The notes under the pieces: model-generated | The model's input: only the letters and a program-made list of their open reading frames with translations | What the model was told of the DNA's origin: nothing | Databases searched by the model: none | Shown here: one piece after another, positions 37,786 through 47,074 of the stretch | Layout: each line of letters opens with the position of its first letter | How positions within the stretch are numbered: the first letter of the stretch is position 1 | Program-made: the position numbers and the translations under genes | Assembly (NCBI RefSeq): GCF_002305855.1 | Contig: NZ_CP022163.1 | Coordinates: 6,875,765-6,939,764 of the forward strand | Direction of reading: 5' to 3' | Origin: Melittangium boletus DSM 14713 | GTDB lineage: Bacteria; Myxococcota; Myxococcia; Myxococcales; Myxococcaceae | Length of the DNA stretch: 64,000 nucleotides

Positions 37786-38489
37786 GAGGCGGCGCCTCGC
37801 GTGGCGAACATGTAGCCCTTGCCCCGGACGGTGAGGATGACGCGGGGCTCCTCGGAGTCGTCCCGGAGCTTCTCCCTCAGGCGCGCCATGGTCATGTCCA
37901 CCGTGCGCGTCTGCACGCCCCGGGCGGGCAGGTGCCACACCCGCTCCAGCAACTCCTCGCGGGAGATGGCGCGCCCCGCGTTGTCACCCAGGTAGCGCAG
38001 CGTGTCCGCCTCTCGCTCGGACAGGTCCACCCGCGAGCCGTCGTCGAAGCTCAGCTCGCGCCGCTCCACCTCGAAGTGCCCTCCCGGGAAGTCGATGCGG
38101 CTCGTCCCCGTGGGCCGCTCGGCCGAGCGGCGGAGCACCGCGCCCGCCCGGGCCAGCAGCTCCCGCACCGAGAAGGGCTTCACCACGTAGTCGTCGGCGC
38201 CGAGCTTCAGGCCGTTGACGCGGTCCTCTTCCTGGCCCCGGGCGGTGAGGATGATGACGGGGAGCGTGGGGCGGTTCTTGCGCACCGCCCGGAGCAGTTC
38301 CAGCCCGTCCCCGTCGGGAAGGACCAGATCCAGCAACACCAGGTCGCAGGGAATGCGCTCGGCCAGCCGCTGTCCCTCCACGCGGGTCCCGGCTTCGAGG
38401 ATCTCATAGCCCTCGAAGCGCAGGGCATCCACGATTCCGCGCCGGATGGCGGGGTCATCCTCCACGACAAGCACTCGGCGCGCGGCCAT
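37782..38489 (-). CDS. OmpR-family response regulator
   Basis: Receiver domain (VLVVEDDP...DLVLLDL) and a winged-helix C-terminus (TVRGKGYMF). Confidence 0.9.
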   Translation of the reverse strand: MAARRVLVVEDDPAIRRGIVDALRFEGYEILEAGTRVEGQRLAERIPCDLVLLDLVLPDGDGLELLRAVRKNRPTLPVIILTARGQEEDRVNGLKLGADDYVVKPFSVRELLARAGAVLRRSAERPTGTSRIDFPGGHFEVERRELSFDDGSRVDLSEREADTLRYLGDNAGRAISREELLERVWHLPARGVQTRTVDMTMARLREKLRDDSEEPRVILTVRGKGYMFATRGAAS

Positions 38490-38498
38490 GACGGCATC

Positions 38499-39731
38499 CT
38501 ACTCCAGCACGAGGTGACGCTTCTTGGCCTCGCGCTCCACGACCTGGCCGATGGCCCCTTCCAGCGTGTCCACCCCCGGAGCGGCCTGCTGCTCGCGCGC
38601 CTGGACGAGGAACCGCTGGCGCTCGGCGTTGAGCGTCTGGATGCGCTGCTGGAGCCGCGTCCGCTCCTGCTCGCGCGCCTCCAGCCACGCCTTGCGGCCG
38701 GCGGCGTCCAGCCCGCGCATCGGCTCCGGCAGGTCCTCGGCCCGGACGGACGCCACGTCCACCTGGTTCTTCTTCACCGCGTCCACCAGGTCCCAGCTCT
38801 CGTTCGAGTAGTTGCCGGAGGACTTGGCCACGGAGCGGGACACCATGCTGGAGATGGAGACGCCGCGCGAGTTGCTGTCCTGTGCCTCCTGGCGCAACTG
38901 GCTCCGCCTGCCGGCGGTGCCGTAGGCGACGTACGTCTTGTTCAGCTCCGCGCCCAGTTGGGCAATCTCCGCGTCCTGCGGCGCGGCGATCTCCACCACG
39001 CGCTGATTCTGGTCGATGTTCATGTAGCTGCCGTCGGCGAGCGCCGCCGCGTCCTTCCACTTCCCGGCGACGCCCTCCTCGTAGTCGCCACAGTGGATGG
39101 TGTTGACGGTGATGCCGCGCTCGCGGGCGCTCTTCACCGCGTCATCGAAGTCGACGGGGCCCTGGGTGAAGGGCTCGTTGCCGGCGATGAAGATGAGCCG
39201 CATGGTGTCCGGGTCCTTGCTCCAGGCGAGCTGCGCGGAGGCGTCGCGGATGACCTCTCCGCAGTGCTCGTCGCCGCCGGACGTCCTCAGGGCGAAGAGA
39301 TGCTCGGAGAGCAGGTCCAGGTCCGTGGTGAAGGGCAGCACCTGGCGGATCTCACTGGAGTTGGCGCCCGGGTCGGCGTTGCCGTACGCGTACAGGGCGA
39401 TCTGGAGCTGCGGCCCCACGCCGTCGCGCTTCGCGTGGGAGAAGCGGTTGACGATGTTCCACAGCTGCGAGCGGGCCTGGTCAAGCAGGCCGTCCATGCT
39501 GCCGCTGGTGTCCAGCAGCAGGGCAATCTGGATGATGGGCTGCTTGGCGTCCGCCTGGGCGATGGGGACCACGTCCGGCTTTCCCGGAGTCCTGGGCGAG
39601 GTGCGCACGGGGGTTGGCTCCACGGGCGGCGGCGTGGGCGTGCCCGGAGCGGGCTGGCCCAGCAGGAGCGCGGACACCGCGAGCACCGCGGCCGAGCCAA
39701 GGATGACGGGAAGCTGGAGTGACGATTTCAT
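38499..39731 (-). CDS. secreted von Willebrand factor A domain protein with C-terminal coiled-coil
   Basis: Signal peptide (MKSSLQLPVILGSAAVLAVSALLLG). Pro/Thr-rich linker. MIDAS motif LLDTSGSM. Ten-nt gap to the response regulator. The long upstream in-frame extension is rejected. Confidence 0.75.
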   Translation of the reverse strand: MKSSLQLPVILGSAAVLAVSALLLGQPAPGTPTPPPVEPTPVRTSPRTPGKPDVVPIAQADAKQPIIQIALLLDTSGSMDGLLDQARSQLWNIVNRFSHAKRDGVGPQLQIALYAYGNADPGANSSEIRQVLPFTTDLDLLSEHLFALRTSGGDEHCGEVIRDASAQLAWSKDPDTMRLIFIAGNEPFTQGPVDFDDAVKSARERGITVNTIHCGDYEEGVAGKWKDAAALADGSYMNIDQNQRVVEIAAPQDAEIAQLGAELNKTYVAYGTAGRRSQLRQEAQDSNSRGVSISSMVSRSVAKSSGNYSNESWDLVDAVKKNQVDVASVRAEDLPEPMRGLDAAGRKAWLEAREQERTRLQQRIQTLNAERQRFLVQAREQQAAPGVDTLEGAIGQVVEREAKKRHLVLE

Positions 39732-39818
39732 CGTGCGTCCTTTCGTACGTCGGTGCCCGATCGAGCACGCGGAGAACAGTACGAATGAAGGACCGCGCGG
39801 GGTGTAACCGGCTTGTAA

Positions 39819-40075
39819 CCGGAGGCGGCGTCCGGCACTCCAGAGCGCGGCGCCTGCTCCCAGTGGCTCCTCTTCGCGGAGCGGACGCTCGAACCGGTGG
39901 CGCTGGAGCTCCGTCGTGGCGCCCAGCTGCCCGAGAGCGAGCGCGCGAGGGTGTTCGAGCAGCACCGCTCCCGGCTCGACGAGGTGCTCGGGGTCATCGA
40001 CTGGACGCTCGAGGGCCGCGAGGTGCTGGTGGGCGGTTCTTCACCGCCGCGGACACCAGGCTCCCTGGGGAATAA
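39819..40075 (+). pseudogene. frameshifted remnant of a glutathione S-transferase C-terminal domain (no start codon, no N-terminal domain)
   Basis: One frame reads ...LEPVALELRRGAQLPESERARVFEQHRSRLDEVLGVIDWTLEGREVLVGG. After a one-nt shift it continues RFFTAADTRLPGE, recreating the canonical GST motif (LVGGRFTxAD). The frame opens immediately after a stop with no ATG or GTG. Confidence 0.5.
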
Positions 40076-40093
40076 AGGAAGCGGCGCCGCGCG

Positions 40094-40786
40094 TCAGTTC
40101 CACTGCCGCGCGGGCGCGACGAGTTGCTCACTCAGCATGGCCAGCGGCGTCGCCCAGGTGTCCTCCCACCGGAAGCTGGCGAGCTGCCGGGATTGGCTGC
40201 CGCGCCGGAACGCGGCCCACAACAGCCGGGCGTACTGAGCCGCATCCACTCCGGGCACCCTCCTGGTTGCCTTCGCCGACTGAAGCAGGATGAGGAGCGA
40301 GGTGCGCAGGTGGAGGTTGCCCAGGGTGAACGCCTGCAGTTCCATCTCGCCCATGACATCGGTGGCGTAGCCGGTCACCAAGTGGTGCAAGTCATGCGTC
40401 TCCCGCAGGCGCGTGGCGACGTACTGGGCATCGTTTTTCGGCGGAGAGAGGGTTTCGATCGGCGTCAGCCCCTGCTCCCGGAAGTAGCGCGCGAACGTGT
40501 TGCCGAGCGACCCCGAGGGAAGCTTCTCCAGCGTATCCAGGTCCAGGGCCGACGCACGCAACGAGGGCTTCTCGGCCAGCAGGCGGCGGCCCTCCTCATG
40601 GCGGGAGAAGTCCTGGGCGAGTGCCGCGCACAGGCCAATCTCCACACTGTCGTAGAACAGGGCGCCGTAGGCGGGATTCGTGGGATCGGTCTGAAGGACC
40701 TTGAGCGCCCGAAGGCCCACGTGCAGGCGGGTGAACAGCGAGGGATTCTCGGGGAGTGAGGGGAGGGAGGAGGTAAGGTCGGGCAT
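40094..40786 (-). CDS. Coq4 family protein (ubiquinone biosynthesis COQ4-like)
   Basis: HDLHH-x11-E zinc-ligand motif characteristic of Coq4. Confidence 0.6.
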   Translation of the reverse strand: MPDLTSSLPSLPENPSLFTRLHVGLRALKVLQTDPTNPAYGALFYDSVEIGLCAALAQDFSRHEEGRRLLAEKPSLRASALDLDTLEKLPSGSLGNTFARYFREQGLTPIETLSPPKNDAQYVATRLRETHDLHHLVTGYATDVMGEMELQAFTLGNLHLRTSLLILLQSAKATRRVPGVDAAQYARLLWAAFRRGSQSRQLASFRWEDTWATPLAMLSEQLVAPARQWN

Positions 40787-40849
40787 GGTGCTGTCTCTCG
40801 TGGGGCTTGGGGAATCGGAGAGGGAGCTCGGGAGCGGAGTCAGACTCCG

Positions 40850-41248
40850 TCAGAGCAACTGGACGACTTCGATCAAGTGGCCTTCAACGTCGGTAACGAA
40901 GGCGACCTTCAATCCGTGCTCAACGGTGGTAGAGGAGGATTGAGCCACTGCGCCGCCGGCGGCTTTCGCACGCTCGACGAAGGCATCGATGTCGTCGGTC
41001 ATGAACCCGAGGATGACTTCGTCGGTCGTCGGCTTTGGAGCGTCGAGGAACTTGAGCAGGACGAAAGTAGCTCCCCCCTCGTGACCTGGCGCGAACAGGA
41101 TCTCACGAATGTTCCGGCCCGCGATGGTGGCATCCACACGCCTGGTCTCGACCAGACCACACACTGATTTATAGAAGGCAGCCGAAGCCTCGAGGTTGTC
41201 GACGAGGAGTTTCGTGAATCCGAACTTCGTGTTCGACGTACTTTTCAA
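40850..41248 (-). CDS. VOC (glyoxalase/bleomycin resistance/dioxygenase) family protein
   Basis: 132 aa with a paired beta-alpha-beta-beta-beta module pattern. Lies in the lower-GC island. Confidence 0.65.
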   Translation of the reverse strand: MKSTSNTKFGFTKLLVDNLEASAAFYKSVCGLVETRRVDATIAGRNIREILFAPGHEGGATFVLLKFLDAPKPTTDEVILGFMTDDIDAFVERAKAAGGAVAQSSSTTVEHGLKVAFVTDVEGHLIEVVQLL

Positions 41249-41266
41249 GACATTCTCCAGTGGAAC

Positions 41267-42346
41267 TCAGGTCGCGGTACGAAATCGCGTCACCGGCGCC
41301 TCTGGCGGATAGAACGTCGGACGACCGATGTCGTAGGCGGCGTTGATGGTGCGAATGAACACCGGATCGTGCAGCGGATCCGTAGGTGTCTCGACAGGGA
41401 TGCCCTTGGAGCGTACGTCCTTGATCAGGGTGTCGAAGACCTGTTCGAAGGTGAGATCCTCGGTATGGTCCATGTTTTTCTTCAACTCCGCGAAGTCCTC
41501 GAACACCTCGGCTGACCAGTGAACCAGGAAGCGCAACTCGTCTGTAGGGTAACGCGCGATCACCGCGTCACCGGTCTTTACAATCCAATGCTCGCGGCTG
41601 TTGGGGTCTCCGGCGAACACGCTGGTGAAGTCGAGCCCCGCCGGAAACTGCTGTTCGACAGGCCCATTCGCCTCACCGCGATGGACCATCATTTCATTCT
41701 GGACGAGAACGCCACGATTGTAGATCGGCGGCTTCACGCGCTTGGGGGCCGTGCGCGGACCCTCGGGCCAATAGGTGAATCCGCTATGAGGGTCATGCGA
41801 GAACCAGGTGATGACCTGGGCCATCTTGATGAGATAGTCGCGGAACAGCCCCGACTTCCCCATGACGCTGCACAGCCAGGTCGGCGAATTCTCATAGCGG
41901 ATGCCGCGGAAGCTTGGAGAGTCCAGGTGCCCGGGGTCCGTATTGCCGCACGGGCCGTTCACATTGAAGAGCATCATCTGGGGCTTGGCATATCTGGCAC
42001 CCCAGTAGTTCTTCGCCAGCTCCAGGAACTTGTCATTGTAGAAACAGTCATTGATTTCAGGAAAGAGGCAGGTCGCATGGTTCCCGTAGAAGTTTCGGAA
42101 CGTGGGCGACAGGAACATATCGAGCGTCGGGGTCACACCCTCCGGAACCCCACCCGCGGAGGTCGCGATCAGCTCCTCGACAGAGGCAAAATGCTGCGCG
42201 ATGATCAGCTTATGCGGCCCGCTGTTCCGCACCACCCCCAGCAAACGCTGCAACTGGTCCCGCGAATAGACGTTGTGCAGTTCGCGCGGCGGAGCCACTG
42301 GGCGGAGGATCCGCGCCAGGTCGTCTTTTCGTGCTTCGGTCAGCAT
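41267..42346 (-). CDS. hypothetical protein; possible non-heme Fe(II)/2-oxoglutarate oxygenase-like fold
   Basis: 359 aa with lower GC than neighbours. Candidate facial-triad residues PGHLDSP ... MVHRGEANG (HxD...H spaced about 87 aa). No confident family assignment. Confidence 0.45.
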   Translation of the reverse strand: MLTEARKDDLARILRPVAPPRELHNVYSRDQLQRLLGVVRNSGPHKLIIAQHFASVEELIATSAGGVPEGVTPTLDMFLSPTFRNFYGNHATCLFPEINDCFYNDKFLELAKNYWGARYAKPQMMLFNVNGPCGNTDPGHLDSPSFRGIRYENSPTWLCSVMGKSGLFRDYLIKMAQVITWFSHDPHSGFTYWPEGPRTAPKRVKPPIYNRGVLVQNEMMVHRGEANGPVEQQFPAGLDFTSVFAGDPNSREHWIVKTGDAVIARYPTDELRFLVHWSAEVFEDFAELKKNMDHTEDLTFEQVFDTLIKDVRSKGIPVETPTDPLHDPVFIRTINAAYDIGRPTFYPPEAPVTRFRTAT

Positions 42347-42411
42347 TATCTTGTTCCTTGGAATGTTCGTCTCGGCACTGGGGGGACGGCTCCCCCCCAG
42401 TGCCGGGCGGA

Positions 42412-43962
42412 TCAGGTGCGGAGGAAGGCGCTCGCGTCGGACATTCCGCTGCCGGAGGTGTCGACGCCCAGCGCGGTGAGGATGCCCGAGAAGATGTCCG
42501 TCTCGTTCGACGTCAGCTTGCCGCGCTCGGGCGCACCGGTACGCGGGTCGAAGCCATAGGTCAGCGTGGTGAGCGGATCGACGCCTCCGAGCACCGTGTT
42601 GCCCCGGAGCATCGGCGACAGCAGCATGAAGCCGTTGTTGAGATCATGCCCGGTGCCAAACATCTCCGTGGCGCCATCCGTCCTGTTGCGCGTACGCCCG
42701 AACTCGGTCGCCATGTAGATCAACGAGCGGTCCCACAGGCTCTCTCCGCTCGAGTCGAAGGGCTCCGACTTGAGCAGCACGATGAGCTTGTCGATCGTGT
42801 CCATCAGGCGCGACCACATGAAGGCCTGGATGGAGCGGTGATCATTGTGGCTGAAGTCGAAGGCCAGCGGCGGGTTGGTGACCTGGTACGAGGGCGTCAC
42901 CGCCATGTTGAACGACGGGCCCAACGTCACCGTCACCGACACCCGGTTCTTGAGCAGCAGGAAGGCCAGCGCCGCCTGCCCCTCCACGGGATCGGTCATG
43001 TAGTTCGGGAAGACCGTGCGCAGCCGCTCCCCATCAGGGGAGTTTGACAGGCCGTACTCCGAGAGCGGTGTCTTCGGCGGCTGATCGGGCAGCACGTTGA
43101 GGCGGTTGATCAAATCCTGGACCTCCAGTGCGGACTGCCCCACGGTGCGCTGCTCGTTCCAGAGCTTGAGCGCCGCCGCGTCGTCGAAGGTCTGTCCGAA
43201 GACTGACTGGGCATCGAGCGTGTTGCGTGTGCCGCGGGCCAGGGCCACCACATCGCGGGAAGGCAGGTCCTTGATGCCCTTCATCCCGTCGAGGCCCAGG
43301 GGCCAGAGCGAGGGGTTGGCCACCACCTCCCCGTAGCAGTGCGCGGGCAGGGTGTTGTCGGTGCCGCGCTCGGAGAAGCCCGCGTTGCCCATGTTCACGT
43401 TGGGAATGGGGAAGCCCGCCCCGTACTGGAGGGCCACACACTCCTGCAACGTGCGTCCGCGCCATGCGGCGTTACCGGTCAGGCTCCGCTTCTGCGCGAT
43501 GACGTGGTTCACCGACGTGCCCACCGAGGTGGCCACTAGCATGCAGTCCTTGTACTTGCGCAGGAAGGGCAGCTGGTCCGTCTTCACTGGCACGGGGATG
43601 CTGCCCAGCTGGGGGCTGTCCACCTTCACGGCGCGGAACGGAGAGCCGTCCACGTGCTGCACCTGCGAGTCCGCGAAGGTGTTGAGCTTCGCGGCGTTGG
43701 CGCCCGCCTCCGAAGCCCGCACCGCCAGCATGCTGTCGATGATGGAAGCGCCTCCCACGGCGCCCACCACGATGAGGAAGCGGGGCTTGCCATCCAGGCG
43801 TGCCTGGCGCACGCCCCCGAGTTGCTCGAGTGCCGCCGGGGTATTGAGCCCGTCCCGGCACCCCGTCAGCAGGGGTCCCAGGGTCGCGGAGCCCGCCGCG
43901 CACATCGACAATGCCTTCAACAACTCCCGGCGAGAGAGCCGTCCATTATTGCGGAGTGACAT
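42412..43962 (-). CDS. DUF1501-type (sulfatase-fold) protein with Tat signal
   Basis: Twin-arginine motif SRRELLKAL and a length near 500 aa. The family is from recollection of the planctomycete-type DUF1501 family. Confidence 0.65.
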   Translation of the reverse strand: MSLRNNGRLSRRELLKALSMCAAGSATLGPLLTGCRDGLNTPAALEQLGGVRQARLDGKPRFLIVVGAVGGASIIDSMLAVRASEAGANAAKLNTFADSQVQHVDGSPFRAVKVDSPQLGSIPVPVKTDQLPFLRKYKDCMLVATSVGTSVNHVIAQKRSLTGNAAWRGRTLQECVALQYGAGFPIPNVNMGNAGFSERGTDNTLPAHCYGEVVANPSLWPLGLDGMKGIKDLPSRDVVALARGTRNTLDAQSVFGQTFDDAAALKLWNEQRTVGQSALEVQDLINRLNVLPDQPPKTPLSEYGLSNSPDGERLRTVFPNYMTDPVEGQAALAFLLLKNRVSVTVTLGPSFNMAVTPSYQVTNPPLAFDFSHNDHRSIQAFMWSRLMDTIDKLIVLLKSEPFDSSGESLWDRSLIYMATEFGRTRNRTDGATEMFGTGHDLNNGFMLLSPMLRGNTVLGGVDPLTTLTYGFDPRTGAPERGKLTSNETDIFSGILTALGVDTSGSGMSDASAFLRT

Positions 43963-43971
43963 GACGTTCCC

Positions 43972-44646
43972 TTAGAAGAAGACGGATTCGGCGGAAGAGA
44001 GGACGGTGAAGCAGGACGCGACCATCCAGTCGCGGCCTGGCATCTGGCTGCCCGTGGACTCGATCTGGGTGGCCAGTTGCGACAACGTGCCCACCTCGAC
44101 CTCGGTGGGCTCTCGCAGCAGGGCGCGCTGGTAGAGCGAGGTGATGGCGTCGCGGACCGGCTCGCCGTCCCGGTTCGCCAGGCGCCCCCGCGCGTCGAAC
44201 TCGAGGCCCTTGAAGAGGAGTGCCTCCGAGGGGGCGGTGGCGTCGAGCGAGACACGCCGGGAACAGGCCGCCAACGCCAGGCGGTCGATGACGTTAGGGG
44301 CCGTCACGCCCGTGGACGTCAAGGGCTCGTAGAGGCCCACGGCATAGGGCTCGACACCGCCCAGGGCCACGTTGTGCACGGATGTGGTGCAGGGGTACTG
44401 GCCCAGCTCGTTGCACACCTGCTCCGGTGGCAGGGACAGCGCCGCGGAGAAGTGGGCGGTCAGCTGCTCCGGATTCTTGAAGCGCAGGTGGTTGCGCGAG
44501 GAAGGCGCCACCTCACCAGTGGAACCCGTGCCGGAATCAGCGGGCGGAGGTGTGCCGGCATCCGGCCTCGAGGGCGAGGGAGATGGGCACGCGGAGAGGA
44601 CACAGGCGGAGGACAGCAGGAACACGCGAAGGAAATCAGGGCGCAC
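43972..44646 (-). CDS. lipoprotein (GTG start), possible C-terminal module of the upstream PSD-like protein
   Basis: Lipobox VLSAC, then a Pro/Ser-rich linker. The frame opens right after a stop codon and overlaps the upstream gene end by 10 nt in another frame. Confidence 0.4.
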   Translation of the reverse strand: MRPDFLRVFLLSSACVLSACPSPSPSRPDAGTPPPADSGTGSTGEVAPSSRNHLRFKNPEQLTAHFSAALSLPPEQVCNELGQYPCTTSVHNVALGGVEPYAVGLYEPLTSTGVTAPNVIDRLALAACSRRVSLDATAPSEALLFKGLEFDARGRLANRDGEPVRDAITSLYQRALLREPTEVEVGTLSQLATQIESTGSQMPGRDWMVASCFTVLSSAESVFF

Positions 44647-46171
44647 CGTAGGCCTCCGTGCGGATCAGGTCGTGAAGCATGCGCTGCACGCGGTACTGGT
44701 GCGTGCCCTTGAAGCGTTTCCAGGTGGCGACGAACTCGGCGTTCTCCTCGGCCGTCGGGGCGTGGCCCACGAGCAGCTTCCAGTAATCGGTGACGGCGGC
44801 GATGGCGAAGGCATCGCTGTTGGCCCCGACCTCCGCCCACTCGACGAGGTCTCTCACCGGCTGGCCGAAGAGGTAGCCCACCTCCGGCATCTGGGTGATG
44901 ATCGGCGAGTCGTTGGGGAAGCGCTTCTCGATGCGGTTGGGGACGTAGGTCCCCCAGGGCGCATCGGGGTTGATGGGGAAGGACAGGCCCTCGTAGTTGC
45001 GGAAGGGGTAGCTCAGCGGATCGAGTGTCGCGTGGCAGGCGGCGCAGGCGGGCGCGGTCACTCCCTTGGCGTCGTAGTCGCGGGGCTCGCCGGGCACGCT
45101 GAAGAGGCCCTCCTGCTTGGCGATGTCGAGGCCCAGGTACGCCCGGTAGGCCTGCGACGCGGCGTTGCGCGGCAACGCGCTGAACATCACGAAATAGAGG
45201 AGGCTCCACCGGGAGGTGATGTTGCCCGCGCGGTGCAACTCATCCATGGATTGCGTCGGCAGCGTCGGCACCACCGAGTAGCGGGTGGGGTTGCTCTCCC
45301 GGCGCACGTAGTACTTCGCCGTCATCACCTCACGCGCGTCGTGATCGTCCAGCTGTGCGTAGGCGTAGAGCGCGTAGTCGTCATAGTAGTCGGCGAGGGC
45401 AATGGTACCGGGGTCCTCACCGGCCTTGAGCGAGCCCACGGGGCGGATCTTCGGGTGCGCCAGTTTCCACAACTGCCCGTTCTTGCCCCGCCAGAACTCG
45501 CTGGTGGTGCACCGCTCCAGTTCGGCATCCATCCGGGCGCGTTGCTCGTCGGCGCTCAGCGCGCTGAACTCCTTGAATTGCGCATAGGTGGGCGACACGC
45601 CGCACAAGTCGAGCAGGAGGCGCTTGTACGCGAAGCGCGCGTCGTAACGGCACACGTCGTACTGGGGATTCTCGCCCGCCTGGCAGTGGCCGGTGTCCAC
45701 GGGTATGCTGTTGGGCTCCGCCGGGAAGGTGCCCCGCTGGATCTCCACGAGGTTCGGCACGCCGTCACCGTCGGCGTCCTCGGCCTCGACGGCCTCGAGC
45801 GCCCAGGGAAGCGCGGACGCGAAGTCCCCGTCGGATAGGGGGCGCGCCGCGCCGGGCGCCAAGTGGGGTTCCAGTCTGGCACCGAAAGCGTTGCGCTGTG
45901 GCGGCGCGACGTGACAGTACGTGCAGGACGGCTGTTGCCCCGTGCACACGGGTGCCGAGGGATAAGTAGAGCAGAACGCCCCGCCCGCGGGAGGTTTGGC
46001 CAATGCCACCCCCGACAGGAACACGGCGGCCCCGAGAATGAGTCCTCGCAGCACGAGTACACCCGGAGCCACCGGGTGGAGGAGTCGTGCCAAGTTGTCT
46101 TTTCGTACTTCGGTCCGTGTCGCTTTGTTTCTTGGAGTATCCGTCCCGCCGCCACTCTTCATCGGATCCAT
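44636..46171 (-). CDS. PSCyt/PSD-family (DUF1549/DUF1553- or DUF1592-type) protein with two CxxCH heme-binding motifs; true start probably downstream of the annotated Met
   Basis: CTYCH and CAACH motifs, a signal-like segment LVLRGLILGAAVFLSGVALA, and adjacency to the DUF1501 gene. Confidence 0.5.
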   Translation of the reverse strand: MDPMKSGGGTDTPRNKATRTEVRKDNLARLLHPVAPGVLVLRGLILGAAVFLSGVALAKPPAGGAFCSTYPSAPVCTGQQPSCTYCHVAPPQRNAFGARLEPHLAPGAARPLSDGDFASALPWALEAVEAEDADGDGVPNLVEIQRGTFPAEPNSIPVDTGHCQAGENPQYDVCRYDARFAYKRLLLDLCGVSPTYAQFKEFSALSADEQRARMDAELERCTTSEFWRGKNGQLWKLAHPKIRPVGSLKAGEDPGTIALADYYDDYALYAYAQLDDHDAREVMTAKYYVRRESNPTRYSVVPTLPTQSMDELHRAGNITSRWSLLYFVMFSALPRNAASQAYRAYLGLDIAKQEGLFSVPGEPRDYDAKGVTAPACAACHATLDPLSYPFRNYEGLSFPINPDAPWGTYVPNRIEKRFPNDSPIITQMPEVGYLFGQPVRDLVEWAEVGANSDAFAIAAVTDYWKLLVGHAPTAEENAEFVATWKRFKGTHQYRVQRMLHDLIRTEAYGAP

Positions 46172-46337
46172 TTCCCCGGCCCAGGCCGCCGCGTTGGCGA
46201 CCCCAATGCTTTGTCATCGAGGAAAGACGGGAACAACCAACAACCCCAGGCGGAGCGCCGCTTACTCGACATGCGCTCGCAAATGTCGAAGAAGTCCGCC
46301 TACGGAGACGTAGCGCACCTGCTGAGTGGAGGGAGGG

Positions 46338-46997
46338 CTACTTGCCCCGGGGCGATTGAGGCGAGGTGGCCGGTGGGTGGCTCCCCATCATGGAGGTGAG
46401 GGCCCCCAGCCACCGCGCCATGTCCTCGGGTGAATGGAGCGAGCGGCGATCCAACCACCACTCGAGCACCCCCATGTAGGCCGAGGTCAGGAAGCGGTTC
46501 AAGACGGGGACGGGCACACCCTCGATCAGGAGAGGGCTGTTGGCTCTCTCCAGGTCGAGATTCATGAGCTGTTCAAGGATGTTGCGCAACTGGACCGAGA
46601 AGGCGCGCATACCGCTCCGGCCGAGCATGAGGTGATACAACTCGGGGTGCTCGACCGCGTGCTGGAACCACTCCAGCAGGGTTCGATGGAGGCGATCGGG
46701 TGAGTCACCCAGCTGATGACTCCTCCGCGAGAGCTCGAGGAGCATGTCCCGCATGATCTGCGTGAGCAACTCGTCCTTGTCGCGGTAGTGCAGGTAGAAG
46801 GTGCTGCGGTTGAGCTGGGCGCGCTCGGAGATGTCCTGCACGCTGATGGTGTCGAAGCCCCGCTCGCGAATCAACCCGAGGAGCGCGTCGCGGAGCATGG
46901 CGCGGCTGCGGTGGACACGCGGATCCACGGGAGCCGGCTCCGCAGGCTTGTGCGAGCCAGGACCGCCTCGCGCCTGTCTTTTTGGTGGTTTGGGCAT
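46338..46997 (-). CDS. TetR family transcriptional regulator
   Basis: N-terminal HTH (FDTISVQDISERAQLNRSTFYLHYRDKDELL). Confidence 0.85.
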   Translation of the reverse strand: MPKPPKRQARGGPGSHKPAEPAPVDPRVHRSRAMLRDALLGLIRERGFDTISVQDISERAQLNRSTFYLHYRDKDELLTQIMRDMLLELSRRSHQLGDSPDRLHRTLLEWFQHAVEHPELYHLMLGRSGMRAFSVQLRNILEQLMNLDLERANSPLLIEGVPVPVLNRFLTSAYMGVLEWWLDRRSLHSPEDMARWLGALTSMMGSHPPATSPQSPRGK

Positions 46998-47074
46998 GGA
47001 GGGGCGGCCTGTCTAGCCGCGCCCCACCGGGCTTGCAACCCGCCTCGCACTCGACTTCTACGACGTTTACCACG

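Noticed and set aside
43972-46171. Calling 43972-44646 and 44636-46171 a single frameshifted pseudogene
   Set aside because: The downstream piece has a convincing lipobox (VLSAC) right after a stop codon, so two genes is at least as plausible. Mentioned as an alternative only.
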